DNA of 64,000 bases. It comes from Hydrolagus affinis (Eukaryota). This document shows, piece after piece, positions 22,909 to 35,470 of this stretch. Under the pieces are notes generated by a model, which saw only the letters and a program-made list of their open reading frames with translations, was not told the DNA's origin and made no database searches. The stretch is taken from assembly GCA_012026655.1 (NCBI GenBank), contig JAAILG010000537.1, forward strand, positions 1 through 64,000, written 5' to 3'. A program made the translations under genes and the position numbers. Position 1 is the stretch's first letter. Each line of letters begins with the position of its first letter.

Positions 22909-25723
22909 CTATATGTTAACAAATACTTTATACAGCTTCGAGTTGGCTGCTCAGTGTCAGTTCTGGCTTAACCATCACTTGTGAGTGCAGGGAACAATCC
23001 TGTCTCCTCTCTGGAATCATAGGATCTTATCTCAATGAGAGTTCACTTTGGCTAAGGCTTTGATGGTAAGTTCAATTTCACTAATTTGCGCCCGAGAGCA
23101 AAAAAAAGTTATTTTGTTTGGCAACATGCCATAATTATTTAAATTCAAGGATTAGTACTAATAATATTTACGCTGAAATCATCTAAAGGAACGCCTGCTC
23201 TGATTCGAAGCTGTTACAATAATGAGAAACAACTGGTTGAAGAGGAAGGCTTACGAATACTTAAAATGATGGAGAAATGAATGCTTACAGAAAAAACGTC
23301 ATGCCTTTGAGAACCAGTATTATAGTAGAGGCAAGTGATGATTTGATTTGAGTACTGTGCCTTCCTGCATCAGGGCTGTTAATGTGAAACATCTAATGCT
23401 GACCTTTAAATAAAATAACCTCAGCCAATGTGAAGCACCGGAAACTACTTTGCTCTCGTGGCTCAGTCGTGCTATTGCAAATGCCATGAACAAGGCAGCC
23501 ATATACAATCTGCTGGACAAACTCTGAGGGAACGTAGCTTAAATTGATGCTCAGAATTTTCGCAAGTAAATGGCAATTATCCTGACAAAAAGCACTTTAA
23601 GCGGCTGAAGAAGCACTTCCACAGTCAGTGTTATTGTTTGAAGTATTAACCAATCTCCTCCTTTCCTCTACCCCTCCACCCCATCAAACCATCCATTTGC
23701 CCAGTCACACCACTTTCCAGTACAATCTGTGGAGCACTGTGGAATATCCACCTAATGTGAAGGCATGATACCAAATGTAAAAATTATCATTATTAGTATC
23801 AGCTCCGAGTTAACATTAGTGAAGACAAATGTAAGCTGCACTTAAGAGCATCTTAGAATTCAGCTTCAGATAGTGACATCTGAACACTCTGGGGCTACAG
23901 GAACTGGAGAAACTGAAATTCAGATCATCGGACTTGAAACAGATCTGAACTCTGGATACTGATCTCTATGGATTATTACGTCTCTGCACTTTGTACCAAT
24001 GAGATTTGTTTGTGATGGTAATTATTAATTTGTTGATTTGGCTACGTATTTTATACATCAATAATAAAAACATTTAAAAACCCACTGAGAAGTACAGTAC
24101 TCAGGCAATATGGCCTAAAATAGTCACTCCATATCTTCCTACAGATATTTTCGGTGTAAATTCATGCGGTAGCTTTTCATTAGATTGCTACAAGCCGTAG
24201 ATATATCATTGTGATATGCAAAAAAGCAACAGTCATTTGCATATGTTTACAATATATTACAACACACTGGGATATGTGATATATAGGATACATTATATCC
24301 CAAGACTGCGATTCAAACTCGAATGCATATCTCTGTGAATTATGCAATTCATCTAGTTTCTTGTTTACAAGTCTACTGTAGCTTGATTTGTCACTTGATG
24401 ACTGAAACATTTTTTTTTAAACATACAGAGTATTTTAGGGTCTCGCTGGTGAGAAATGTTCAGTTTGCCCTGAGATTTGTTTCTTAGAGGCTTGCAGAGT
24501 TACCTCAACACATTTTGATGTCATGGCGTGAGTTAGAGAAGCAAACTCAACGGGTTTTATATTGGAATGTGAAGTCGTGGATATAAAACAATGCAAAGGA
24601 TTCATTAATATTACACACTCAGCCGGAATGTTGCATTTCAACAGACTTTCAAATACAGAATACATTTAACATTTAACAATAAATTTTCAACACATTTCAA
24701 AAAAATCACTCAATATTTCATATGCACATAGAACAAGATCGGCATTCAAAATTCCTTTGAATATCTTTAGCTCATTTCATATCATAATACTGTATCAACT
24801 TATATAAAAACTCCTGTGCCTTGAAAATGTTCAATTATTCTGTACAATCACAAGGCTCCACATCTCAGTAAGATAGGATAAATTGAAAACAATCAGCCAT
24901 TATTCACAAATTAAAGGATCCAACAGTTCAATTCTCTCTCTCTTTTTCTCTCTCTCTCTGCCCCTCCCTACATACATAACACAACTCAACTTGCATTACA
25001 ACACATCCACTGACAAAGTAATCTGCAAGGATAAAAGTTTTGATTTGATAGTGCAAAACTTAACTGCCACAAAAATAATCAGATTCTACTTTGCCAATTG
25101 CACGCCCTGTGGCCCATTTCCACAGTTACATCCCTCCTCTGAGCCTGCAACTGCTTTCATTCGAAACCGTAAGAAACCTAGATTTTGTTCTGGCAACTTC
25201 ATCACAATCACGGGCATTCGTTGCGAAAACAGAACAGCAAAAACTCCGATGCAAACCTCAGGCTGTCGTTTTTCTCAAGCCATTTTGCTTAAAGTCTCTG
25301 GAGACTGCATTTCCATCCCAGGCTATGAATAAAAAGCCAATGAAATAAAAATCCCAATTTGTTGTAAGCGTTTTTGTTATAAACCATCGGCATCGGGTAG
25401 TTTTTCGATCAAGTTTCCAATTTTTTTTTCAAAAAAGAGAAACTGCAGTGATCAGTATTTTAGAGCAAGCCTCTGCCTACCTGTTTGGTGTCAAATTTAT
25501 CTGAGACACCACAACCAAGTCACAGAGAGGGTGTTCGGAGAAAAAGTTTTTTTGTGTACAATGTAAAAAAATTTACGTTTCCTGCACACTGCCAACCTTT
25601 CCATTCCATGCAACTACTTATTAAGGTTAGCCCTTCCTGGTTCCCTATTTGACTTGTGTTTCGGCTACTTGTGGCTGCTATCCTGTCTCCTAGCCTCCCT
25701 GAGTCTGATATATGAGTACCTAC

Positions 25724-25847
25724 CTCTCCTTGCTGTCGCTTTGCCTGTCACACCGCTGCGTTCCTCAGTAGGCTGCTGCTGGCTTCCCCACCAAGCCCCC
25801 GCTTTAAAACATAACAACAAGATAAAGCTCCCATAGTTTGAAATCAT
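25724..25847 (-). CDS. Candidate alternative first coding exon of CTBP2 (41 codons + 1 nt, phase 1)
   Basis: ATG at 25847 opens MISNYGSFILLLCFKAGAWWGSQQQPTEERSGVTGKATARR-G and reaches donor GAGAG|GTAGGT (GT at 25723-25722) in the same phase as the other two first exons. No homology recognised and the Kozak context is weak. Confidence 0.25.
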
Positions 25848-27168
25848 ACGTTTTTCATTACAAGCGTGGGGGGGTGAGGGGGGGACGGGGAGAGTGGGTG
25901 GGGGGAGGAAGGAGGGTCATTATTGGGTTGTAGGTGGGGATGGTGGAGGTGATGGTGGTGGCAAGAAAAAATGGTATGTAAAGCCTGGATTCTCCAGTTT
26001 GTGATTGTTTCTTTCAATGACACACAACACACGCATGCTCGAGTGAGTAAATGTTCTGTAAATCATGGTCTATGAGCACATGCTGCGGACACTACTGTGT
26101 CAATTGGCTGACGCATTTCACCCACAAAACATACAGTTAATTCACTTCAAAGTATATTCTGTGAAGCGCTTTGAGACCTCTCAACAATACAAGAAGGCTT
26201 CTATATCAAATGCAAACATTCTATTATTATTAGTAGTAATATTATTATAAGATTTGTCCACAGAGCAGCCGGGCAGATGATTCTCAGTCGGTGGGGCAGT
26301 TTTTTTGGGGGGGTGTGGGGTGGGGGGTGTGGGTCAATCTAATGGAAGGATTTCTGAAGAATTGATAATAATTCAAGCGACTCCAGCAAGGTTAGCAAAA
26401 ATAATTAGCTTTTTTTTTAAACAAAATTTAAGGTCCTATTTTGAGTTTGTTTTTGTTGTTGCATCGTAACTGCGATAAGAGAACACAAAGGATCTAGGGT
26501 GGAACGACAACTTTATTCCACTTCCAACTTTAATAGAAGATTTCTATTAATAACTAGGTTCAGTAAGTAATTCAACTTGTTTCATCCACAATAGCCACCC
26601 CTAATAAAGGTTCAGAACTGAGACAAGCGTTTGCAAGAATCAGGCACTTCAGGGACCAGACAGGAAAGTCAGCACTTAAAAAACAGAATTTAAAGTGGTA
26701 AAACTCTACCGGTTTTGTAATGTCCAGTTTGCTTGTCTACTACTCCATCAAGGCAGTGGGGCAGTGCAATCTGCGGGTCAGTATGGTTTGGTATGGTCAA
26801 TGATTTGGGACATCGTCCTGATGTGAATGGTGCTATACAAATGTAATTTGTTGTTGGCAATAAATCCCAGGATCAGGTCTTAGATCAAAGCTGAAGTGAC
26901 CTCCGCTAGCCCCAGCTCAAAATGGACATAAAAAGATCCACCTTCAGTCTAAAAGTCTAGATGCCAATAGAAACTGAGATTCTAACTTGAATGCTGCTGT
27001 TTGTGATGACTTTGACAATGCGCGCTTAACTAAAAATGAGTATTTCCTAACAAGCACCTGAAAGAAAGGCCATATTGTGATCCTTTTGTTCATGTTCCAG
27101 CGGTTTTCTGCTTTTGTCTGTTAAGATTTGTTTCAGTTTTCCACCAACAAATGCACACACACAATCAC

Positions 27169-27171
<3 letters not shown>

Positions 27172-27207
<36 letters not shown>

Positions 27208-27218
27208 CACACACACAC
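27172..27218. repeat. Compound (TA)n/(CA)n microsatellite; others at 22867-22903 (TA)n, 29868-29895 (TA)n, 48138-48183 (GCAC)n-like, 50169-50195 (CA)n
   Basis: Directly visible simple repeats. Confidence 0.9.
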
Positions 27219-30200
27219 AAATGCCTAGTCACACAAGAATGCAGACTAATGCAGACTCACAAATAAATACCCTCCCACGAATATATGTTATATACATACA
27301 CAGATCATGTTAAGTGATCATGGTCACACATCAGATAAAGTTAGTGCACATGAACAGGACATTGAGTTTGTCAAATCTGTGCTGATGATTCTCTCCACTT
27401 GCAGATCCACCACAGGAGGAAACCATCACATATTTGTCGGTAACTAAACTCTAAACTTGCAGCATGACTTTGTGTCTGTATTTGTGCAACTGTGATGTTG
27501 AGTGCGTGCGTACGTGATTGAGTCTGTGTGTGTGTATGCGTGTGTGTGTTTATGTATGTAGATATGTATATATGACCGTTTGTGAGTGTGTATGTATTTG
27601 AGTCTGCGTTTTTATTTCAGATCCTCCCCATGTGAAAGGCACTCTATAAATGTAATTTTGTTGTTTATGTGAGTGTAGGTATGCATGGGTATGTATGCAT
27701 ACAGGCTTAAATATATTATATATACAGATTGGATATGAATATTATATGTTGGTGAAAAACTAAGAAATCTTAAATAAAGCAGCAAGTAACAACTTTTTAA
27801 ATATAGCTACGTAGGGTTCAAGACAAAATAATCCAAATAAGAGCATTTTCATTCTCTGAACACAAACCATCAGACCATGCCAATTATCCTGTAGATAAGA
27901 GTCATTGGGACAGCATATCTGATCAACAGCACAGTAATCAGTTTAAAAACTCCAGCAATGATCTCACCATCAGTTTACCTTAGTAAGTCATGACCAATAA
28001 TGTTTCTGAATGCTACGGACATGCTCAGCTTGGCATGTCTCCTCAGAGCTGGGCAGACCTATTTTCCTACCAGATTTTTTTAGACAAGACGCTCATTTTA
28101 AAAGGGTTTGGACACGATAGATTTCCAATATGTTATTCAAAGTGCCCTGGAAGTCCACCACCATAGAGAGGAGGGAGGTGAGCAGGATGCTTAGACTTAA
28201 CCAACCTACACGGTGAGTGTGGGTATTTTGCCGAGGCTGGGAGTTGTTTGCATCGTGTCGATCAAGAATATGCTTTTCCTTCATGATTGTTACGCTCGAC
28301 TTTCACACGGGATGAAACTCAAACTTTGGACCAGTTTCCAATTCATCCACAACACTGGGCTTTATTTATTTGTAAAATATGTATTTTCTTTATTTAAAAG
28401 AATAAAAGAAGACAGAAAAGAGTAAAGGTCCCGTTTAGATTTTCAAACCCTAGTCTTTTATCCGAAAACTGAGGGAATGGTAGGAGCATAAGTCACTATG
28501 ACGGAGAGTAGGACTATCCAATAACTTGTCCTTTGTATACTACAGCATCTGTACTTACTTGGCATTTGCCCCGTTGGACTGGGTATGTTTGGATACTTAG
28601 TGGGAGGGGGAAGGGAGCAACACATTATGCCACCTTCACTTCATGTGTACTTAATTTACTGAAGAGAGAGCCAATGGGGAATTAGCCATGCCAGACAAAG
28701 AGACTAACTGTGCAAACCCAATGCTTCCAGGTGGAAGTTCTGGAGGTGCTGCAGTTAACTTATACCCACGGCTTGTAAACTGCTGAACGGGTTGATGTGC
28801 GATTCACTAAAACAGGTTCCCTTTAAGAGGAAACTGCAAATTAAAACAATCAAACATCTGGAAATAATCTCCCTTCATAATCAGATCCACACAAATGGAA
28901 CTTTTGCAGCCATTCCTACTCCTTCGTTCCAGTTATTCTCACATTTGCAGCGATTAGATCTGATGCAGAACATCAGAAAGAAAGGCTCATTTTCAAGAAG
29001 TCCGGTGTCTGCTTATGTGTTCCCTTTTAACTTGGCTTCAAAGCCTCTTTATGAAACAACAAAGAATGGTAACCCATGAACGTGGGTGAAACATACTTTA
29101 ATACAATAACAAATCATTGAGAAGGGACCCTTAAGCTGCTTTAAATGGCTTTAATACCAAAGCAAAGACCAAGCGAGCGTCGCTGTGGGAACAACGTGTT
29201 GCTTTCAAAGCTTGGCACACAGCAATCAGTTTCTCTCTCTCTCTACCACAGCAATCATAGGGAAGGCCCTTTGCCAAATTAGAGATGAAACGCTACTGTG
29301 ACATGTATGTATAATTCTTAAACTGAACATGTTCAGTCTTTCTTTTTGTCGCTAGGAATGGGCTGCACGGAAACGGATTAAAAACCACTAAGCCTCGACG
29401 TCATAGGGAGCTTTAAGATGAATGATTGCAAGTTGAACCTTAGGACCAAAGGTCCTTCTGCATCAAACTTGAAAGGATATAAACAGGTTAATTCCCAAAT
29501 GGCTTTGCATTAAAATCACGCACAATTACATTAAATGGAGACATACATCGCATACAATGTTGTGGTTAGTAAGCTATATGATGAAGGTTCAAGTGAAATT
29601 ACTTAAGGGATTTTGCTTTTAACGGCCGAGACTTCCTGATTACAACTTCACAAACTGAACACATGGAAAATCTGCTCACAACAAATCATTAATTAACTGA
29701 GAGAATCTGAAGGCAGTAATATTCCAATGGGGTAGAGGAGAAACAAAAGCAAACGGAGTGAGGGGGGACAGACACAGTCTTTACTAACAATATCAGTCCA
29801 GCTATTGATAAGTGACAGTCATCTCTCATTGTTGTCCATTCAGAAGAACTAATTTGTCCAAGTACAGGTATATATATATATATATATTATATATTTGTAT
29901 TTAAATATATCTGTGAGCAATTGCTCACCACCATTAAGTTCTACCTGTCCTAGTTGCAATGAAAACAAGGTCAGGTGCAGACACAAAGAACACTTAAAAA
30001 AAAGCCAATGTGTTTTTTTTAACACCAGTATCACCAAGGGTGTGAGTGTTGGGGTCTAAAATGCCCTGGCTGCCCATGAACTTTTCTAATGTGATTTCCA
30101 AGAACGAAACATTCACCAGGGTTAGGAAAAAGCATGTGCATACCTATGTTCCTAATTCTGCACCGTAATGCTATGTTGGATAGTGCAGACTTAATATAGT

Positions 30201-30634
30201 TCTCCTAAAGGTTGACAAGCATATTACCATCCATATCCTAATACTGTCCCATTCATCTATTCCACGCTTGCGACTGGCAGAAATTGATTTAACAGATGGG
30301 ATCTCAAGTACTTCTTTCTTTTAAGGCGATCAAGGATATGAAGACACAGCAAATTCCGTGGACTCCTTTGTGTTCGTAGGAAGTGCGGTTTATTGAAGTC
30401 TGAAGGCGTAGCCGGCAGTATTTTTTTAATCTTATTGAACAAGACTTATTCAGCACAACAATGCTGGCACAATGTGAGGCAGGTTAAGCGGGCACAGGAG
30501 ACCACACCTCAAAAGTTGCAGAGCTCTTTCCTGTGTTGGTACAAAACGTTGCCAGGATGCACTAGCTGTCACACCCAGTCATACATACATGCATGGGCTG
30601 CGTTACTTTAGTATTGCTGCAAATGCGAAACCAA

Positions 30635-30673
30635 AGGGGGGTGGGGGGGGGGGGTGGGGGGGGTGGGGGGGGG
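30635..30673 (+). repeat. Poly-G tract with G-quadruplex potential (other G-rich tracts at about 25867-25960, 47305-47375, 54000-54058, 55030-55070)
   Basis: Four long G runs separated by single T residues. Confidence 0.75.
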
Positions 30674-31335
30674 CGGTCTGTAAACCTGCAGTGCAAACAT
30701 AGCCTTGCCTCACTTTACTGTTAGCGTTTAAGTCAGAATTGCAACTAAACGGAAAGATGCTTGTCATGTAACCAAAGAGCGTACGGAAAATATTTGTACA
30801 AAAAACGAGCGTGTACGGTACACATTGGGGATCTCTCCGACAGCGGCAGGCGGCGGACATGGATGTTTGTGGTGCACACAGGGGCGACTACCCCCCTTCC
30901 CTCCCACCCGCCCCAATCCTCAGCTCGGGTCTGAAGCAATAACTGTCCAGTGCCTTGGGACGTCCTCCTGACGTGAAAGGCGCTATACAAGTGTCATTTT
31001 GTTGTTGTTTTAAAGGGAACGTCCCTGGAAAAATATGCGCGCAACCTGTGTGCGTTTTTTTGTGTGAGTTATGTTTCAGATTCATGTCGTAACAAATATA
31101 TTTATCAATAAACAAAAAGTATTCTACACTGTTTCATGGGAGTTGGGAGGGGGGGAAAACGAGAGAGAGTTCACAGGTACTACACAAGATAACAAATTGG
31201 CCTTCCATTCTTTTAAGATACAAATTAGCATTTGTAACTGCCAGGCTGCTCTCAGATCTAAAAGCTATGGGTTGTACAATGATGGTTACCATTACACAGT
31301 TACTCAGGGCTACCCAAGTGTGAAGCGCATTTTAC

Positions 31336-31393
31336 CTTCGCAAATTCGATCCAATCGTTGCCGTTTCACTTTGTGCTTGTCCATCAGAGACAT
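31336..31393 (-). CDS. CTBP2: CtBP2 (long, nuclear co-repressor isoform) first coding segment MSLMDKHKVKRQRLDRICE-G
   Basis: Reverse strand reads ATG TCT CTG ATG GAC AAG CAC AAA GTG AAA CGG CAA CGA TTG GAT CGA ATT TGC GAA G|GTAAAA. This matches the vertebrate CtBP2 N-terminus (MALVDKHKVKRQRLDRICEG) including the KRQR NLS. 58 coding nt with a phase-1 donor. Too short for the ORF track. Confidence 0.96.
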
Positions 31394-31505
31394 CAGTGAT
31401 GCTGCTTGAACGAGTTCCTTTTAAAATAACAAGCAAACAGTGTTTCAGGTGTCCACAATTCAGAAGAATCCACAGGGGCTCAAGCACATAACTTTAATCC
31501 AACTT
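31394..31505 (-). other. CTBP2: 5'UTR portion of the CTBP2 ATG exon (whole exon 31336-31505, 170 nt)
   Basis: Strong acceptor on the minus strand, cttctgtgtctctttatttttttctttcAG|AAGTTGG (AG at 31507-31506), directly upstream of the ATG segment. Confidence 0.8.
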
Positions 31506-33269
31506 CTGAAAGAAAAAAATAAAGAGACACAGAAGTGTCATCAGTCAGACTGACTAAAATAGTGCACATTCTAAAGATAATAATCCTTGCATTTGATATG
31601 GCGTCTTCAAGACGTCTCAAAGTGCTTCACAGAATATACTGTGAAATGAATTAAATGTATATTTTGTGGGCGAAACGCAGCAGCCGATTGGTAGTGTCCC
31701 ACAAACAGTCGCGGACTGAATGGACCAATTTTTTTTAAGCAATATGGGCTTTCACTCAAACAGCAAAAGCTCTTGTGTGGTCACGTTACACAATTCTTTG
31801 GTCAGGGCTTATCAACAGGCATTAATGGAAGGAGCAAACATAAACATTTAAGCTTACACAGGAATGGGAGTGTATGAGAGACATTGTTCAACTATTGTAC
31901 ACACTACAATTGAGGCCTGAGGCCTATCACTAAATAACACCGCATTGAATTTGAAATCGTTGGATTTTCTGATTGGCATTGACGAGCGTTTTGTTTTTTC
32001 ACACAATGAAACATTTAGTGTAAATGGCACATACACAGCTCGGTCAATGTTGGGAAAGATTTAAGGCAAATGAACCTATTCAGTACTCAACGATGCCTTC
32101 TGCCTTTCATACAGAGTCTCATAGTGAGAAACAGTAGGGCTGACTAAATGAAGGCTGACTATTCTAACCTGACTGAAACTTCATAGCTCAAGAAAATGCC
32201 CAAAATGTGAAGTACACAGGGTGGGGGGGTGAGGAGAAATTCTACCCAAATCAAGACTGTCTCTATTACACCGGCTGCAGAATTCGACAAATTTGGAAGC
32301 TGGTTTTCAGTAAATTCTTTTAAAACCAGGGAATATCGGCCTCAAAACAAAGACTGAATCATGTATAATGTAAGTGTAGCCCCAGGTGTAATTCCATCTC
32401 TCAACACCCCCCCATCTACCGCCCCTGCACAGAGATTAAATTATACATCGACTGTGAAGGTGAAACTAAAACCCCTATAAGATGCAATTGTACTCTTCTG
32501 AATGTTCCTCACTTGTTCCTCTGAATCCCCAACTGCACAGAACCTACAGACTCCCTGCCTACTTCTTCGATGTTGTAATCAAGAATTGAATTAAAATTTT
32601 CTCCATCTTCCAAGTATTTTTTTTTACTAAGGATCTCACGAATGTGACACCCCTCAGTTTTCCCTTCCTCCCAACAATTCACACTTTGAGTGTGATTTAT
32701 CCAACTTATCTCCCGTGTTGCTCCTTCTCTTTTCAACCTTGGTGATGCCTGTGGTATAAGCCTTAGCCTTTCACCGAGATTTCTCAACTTGGGGAAAAGA
32801 AATTGATGAAACATGTGTTGCATGTCAATTTTGTCATTTTGTTGCTTAGCCAGACACCATTTTACTAATCCATGAACAGTCTACTACAAGAACTGATCCG
32901 AACATCATGCGGTATTTTAATTCTGCGTGGACTGAAATGCCATATAAGCAGCGGAGCTAAATGCAATACCTCTTAACACATCAAAGACCAAAAGAATTGT
33001 TAATGCATTATCTAGTGCCCACTATTAAACTGTATAAGCATTCAGGGAATTCTGCGACGTGCTCTTAATCATGGCATAACACACTTGTACTAAATCAGTT
33101 CCTCTGGTATTTAGAGTATAAAAATAACAGTCATTAACAGACTCTAGGAGACAAGGTACCTGACATTTCAATGCCCATTTAATTTGTCATGGGAGGCAAC
33201 ATACACTTGAATAATCAAAGCGGATCTACTTTTCTGTTGAAATGATTTTACATACACACCTAAATAGTT

Positions 33270-33825
33270 TCATTGTCTGTGGAGAGGAAAATGAGTTAAC
33301 GTTTCAGGTGGATAACCTTTCCTCAGAACTGATGGATGCTGGAGGGGGGCAGATAGCATGGAACACAGAGAAGGGGGCGGGGAAAGAAAGATAAAGGCAA
33401 AATTTAGATAGGGGACAGAAGATGAAGAGATCAGAGGTGTGGATGGAGCAGGACAAAAGAAGGCAATATGGGAGTTTATGGAAAGAAAAGATATGTCTAA
33501 ATCCCAGAGGATGTGAATGGTTATGGAAGAAGGGGAGGGGAGAGGCAAGGCTGAGAGAAGATGGGAGATGTGTTGTCCTTATAATCTCATTAACCCATCA
33601 TCCCCTGTCCTCTACTCCATTTCCTCCTTTGTCTTCCTTGCCCTGCCTGCCCCCCTCTAGGTTGGTCCTTAAAAGCCTCTCCCTCCCAACATGCCCTAGT
33701 TCTGACAAAGAAACATTGACTCACTTTTCCTTTCTTCATAGATACTGCCTGACAAGCTGAGTGTTCCCAGCAACTTCTATTTTTATTTCAGATTGCCAGT
33801 ATCCGCAGTATTTTGCCTTTTGTTT
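33270..33825. mobile_element. Penelope-like element relic (inverted terminal repeats around a purine-rich then pyrimidine-rich spacer)
   Basis: Left arm on the minus strand carries the hammerhead motif. Right arm tctgacaaagaaacattgactcac...gatactgcctgacaagctgagtgttcccagcaacttct...tccgcagtattttgc aligns by eye to 57803-57940. Confidence 0.6.
33294..33330 (-). ncRNA. Minimal type I hammerhead ribozyme motif (CTBP2 sense strand)
   Basis: Minus strand AGUU-CUGAGGA-A-AGGU(UAUCC)ACCU-GAAAC-GUU/AACU. Complete CUGANGA and GAAA core, 4-bp stem II, perfect 4-bp stem I and palindromic AACGUU in place of stem III. Confidence 0.6.
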
Positions 33826-35154
33826 AAGTAGTTTCATTCATTGCTAACCCTGCCACCAAGGACATCCGAACTTGTGTGTATTTTTAATGACAAGTATACA
33901 AAGCAAAAATGGAGAAATGTGTGGAAAAGTCTTTCTAAAAATTATTTTCAACTTGTTTTTAATCTCGGTAGGCCTTTCCTCATCCCAGCTGTGCAACTAG
34001 TTAATGATGGGGATCAAATGAGAAATTGAGCCTTGCAACCCTCTCTAACTATTCGGAAAACAAATCCACCAAACCAGGTCATGTAGGCCAATATATTTAC
34101 CTTATTCAAAACACAACTGCTATAGTGGTAGAGTTAATGTACTTGAGGGATAAGCTTGGAAGGGCCAAATTGCTTTCTCTCATATTTTTATGTGCTTACA
34201 TCCTAAACGAGTCAATGCATTTCACACTGTGGTTTTATGGGATTATCCCATCTCCTCTACTGTTCACATGGCAAAGTGTTAACACATTTGCTGGATTTGC
34301 CTGGAACTAGTGGGGAAAAGTTCTGGACGAGCATCATGCCCAATGCTGTTGGAGATGTGCAATTCTAATGCCATATAGCCCTCTTAATTAAATATGATTA
34401 AATATAATCCCAACAGTAACTAACATCAGCAAAGCGCGTTAGGCTCGCTTGTCATGTTTTCTCACAGAGGAGTTTTAACTGAAGGTCACTGAATACGTAC
34501 ACTCAGGTTAAAATGAGTCAATGAAGTCCTCCCAGAATGGATGTACTGTACTAGAATGTACATCTGCATCGATTGACAACTTGTGTGTCAAAAGATTTGG
34601 TAGATAATGGAGTCTTTCCTCCTCTGGGAATTAATATAAGCATCAATGATGTTTTACCACATGTCACTGAGTATCTCGCTCTTCGATGGGATGAGCTGCT
34701 GAGTAATGCTGGACAGGGCAGGAGAGGACACACTGCATGTAATTTTGGAAGAGCCGGGCACTGGCATATCAATGCAGTAATCGTTCAGATGAGAGATGTC
34801 AGGTGCAGCAAAGTACCAGATGTTTAACAATGTTCCTGCCCAAATCCTGGCTCAACACAGTTTCTACCATTTTGTTGCAATAGAATGCTAAGTGGGACAT
34901 GCTATTACCATACACACAATTTGATGATCGCAAGTATACCCCAAAGTAGAGTACGATGGCACAGTGCAACACTCTGTGAAACTGCACTGACGAGTTGCAC
35001 ACCTTAAGGTATGTATTGCACAGGTGCTTTACACTTTGTCTGCTGCGAGGTTTTATGGGTCATTTTCTCACAATAGCTACAAAACAAGAACTGTGGATTT
35101 TGACCCATTCATGCAAACAAAAAGCAGCTAAACATGACATTGATAGTGTATTTC

Positions 35155-35470
35155 CAATAATAATAATAATTCCTACATTTGATATAGCACCTCATTGCAT
35201 CATTGAGACATCATAAAGCATTTCACTATTATTATTGTCAGGTGGATTGGCTGGGTATTTTGTGGGCAAAGTGCAGCAGCCAATTGCACAAACAGTGATG
35301 GATTGAGTGATCCACCGATCGACTAATAACCGGGTTCCTGCTTACTGTTAGGAATCCAGAAGTGTGTGGGGTAAGGAAACTTATCTCGCGCTTTGTTCTG
35401 GTCCGGGAATCGAACCCCAGGCACTTTCACCTGCGAGGTGAGCGCTCTAATCCCTACGCTATGGGACTCC
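35155..35470 (-). mobile_element. tRNA-derived SINE, variant subfamily with an extra internal segment
   Basis: Tail and body as in the main family, plus atcgactaataaccgggttcctgcttactgtta between body and head. Head gggaatcgaacccc...gctctaatccctacgctatgggactcc. Confidence 0.75.

Noticed and set aside
24883-25332. 149-aa and similar 100-160 aa ORFs (1534-1908, 41488-41919, 48040-48465, 50500-50976)
   Set aside because: No recognisable domains or splice context, some span microsatellites, and such lengths are expected by chance in 64 kb.
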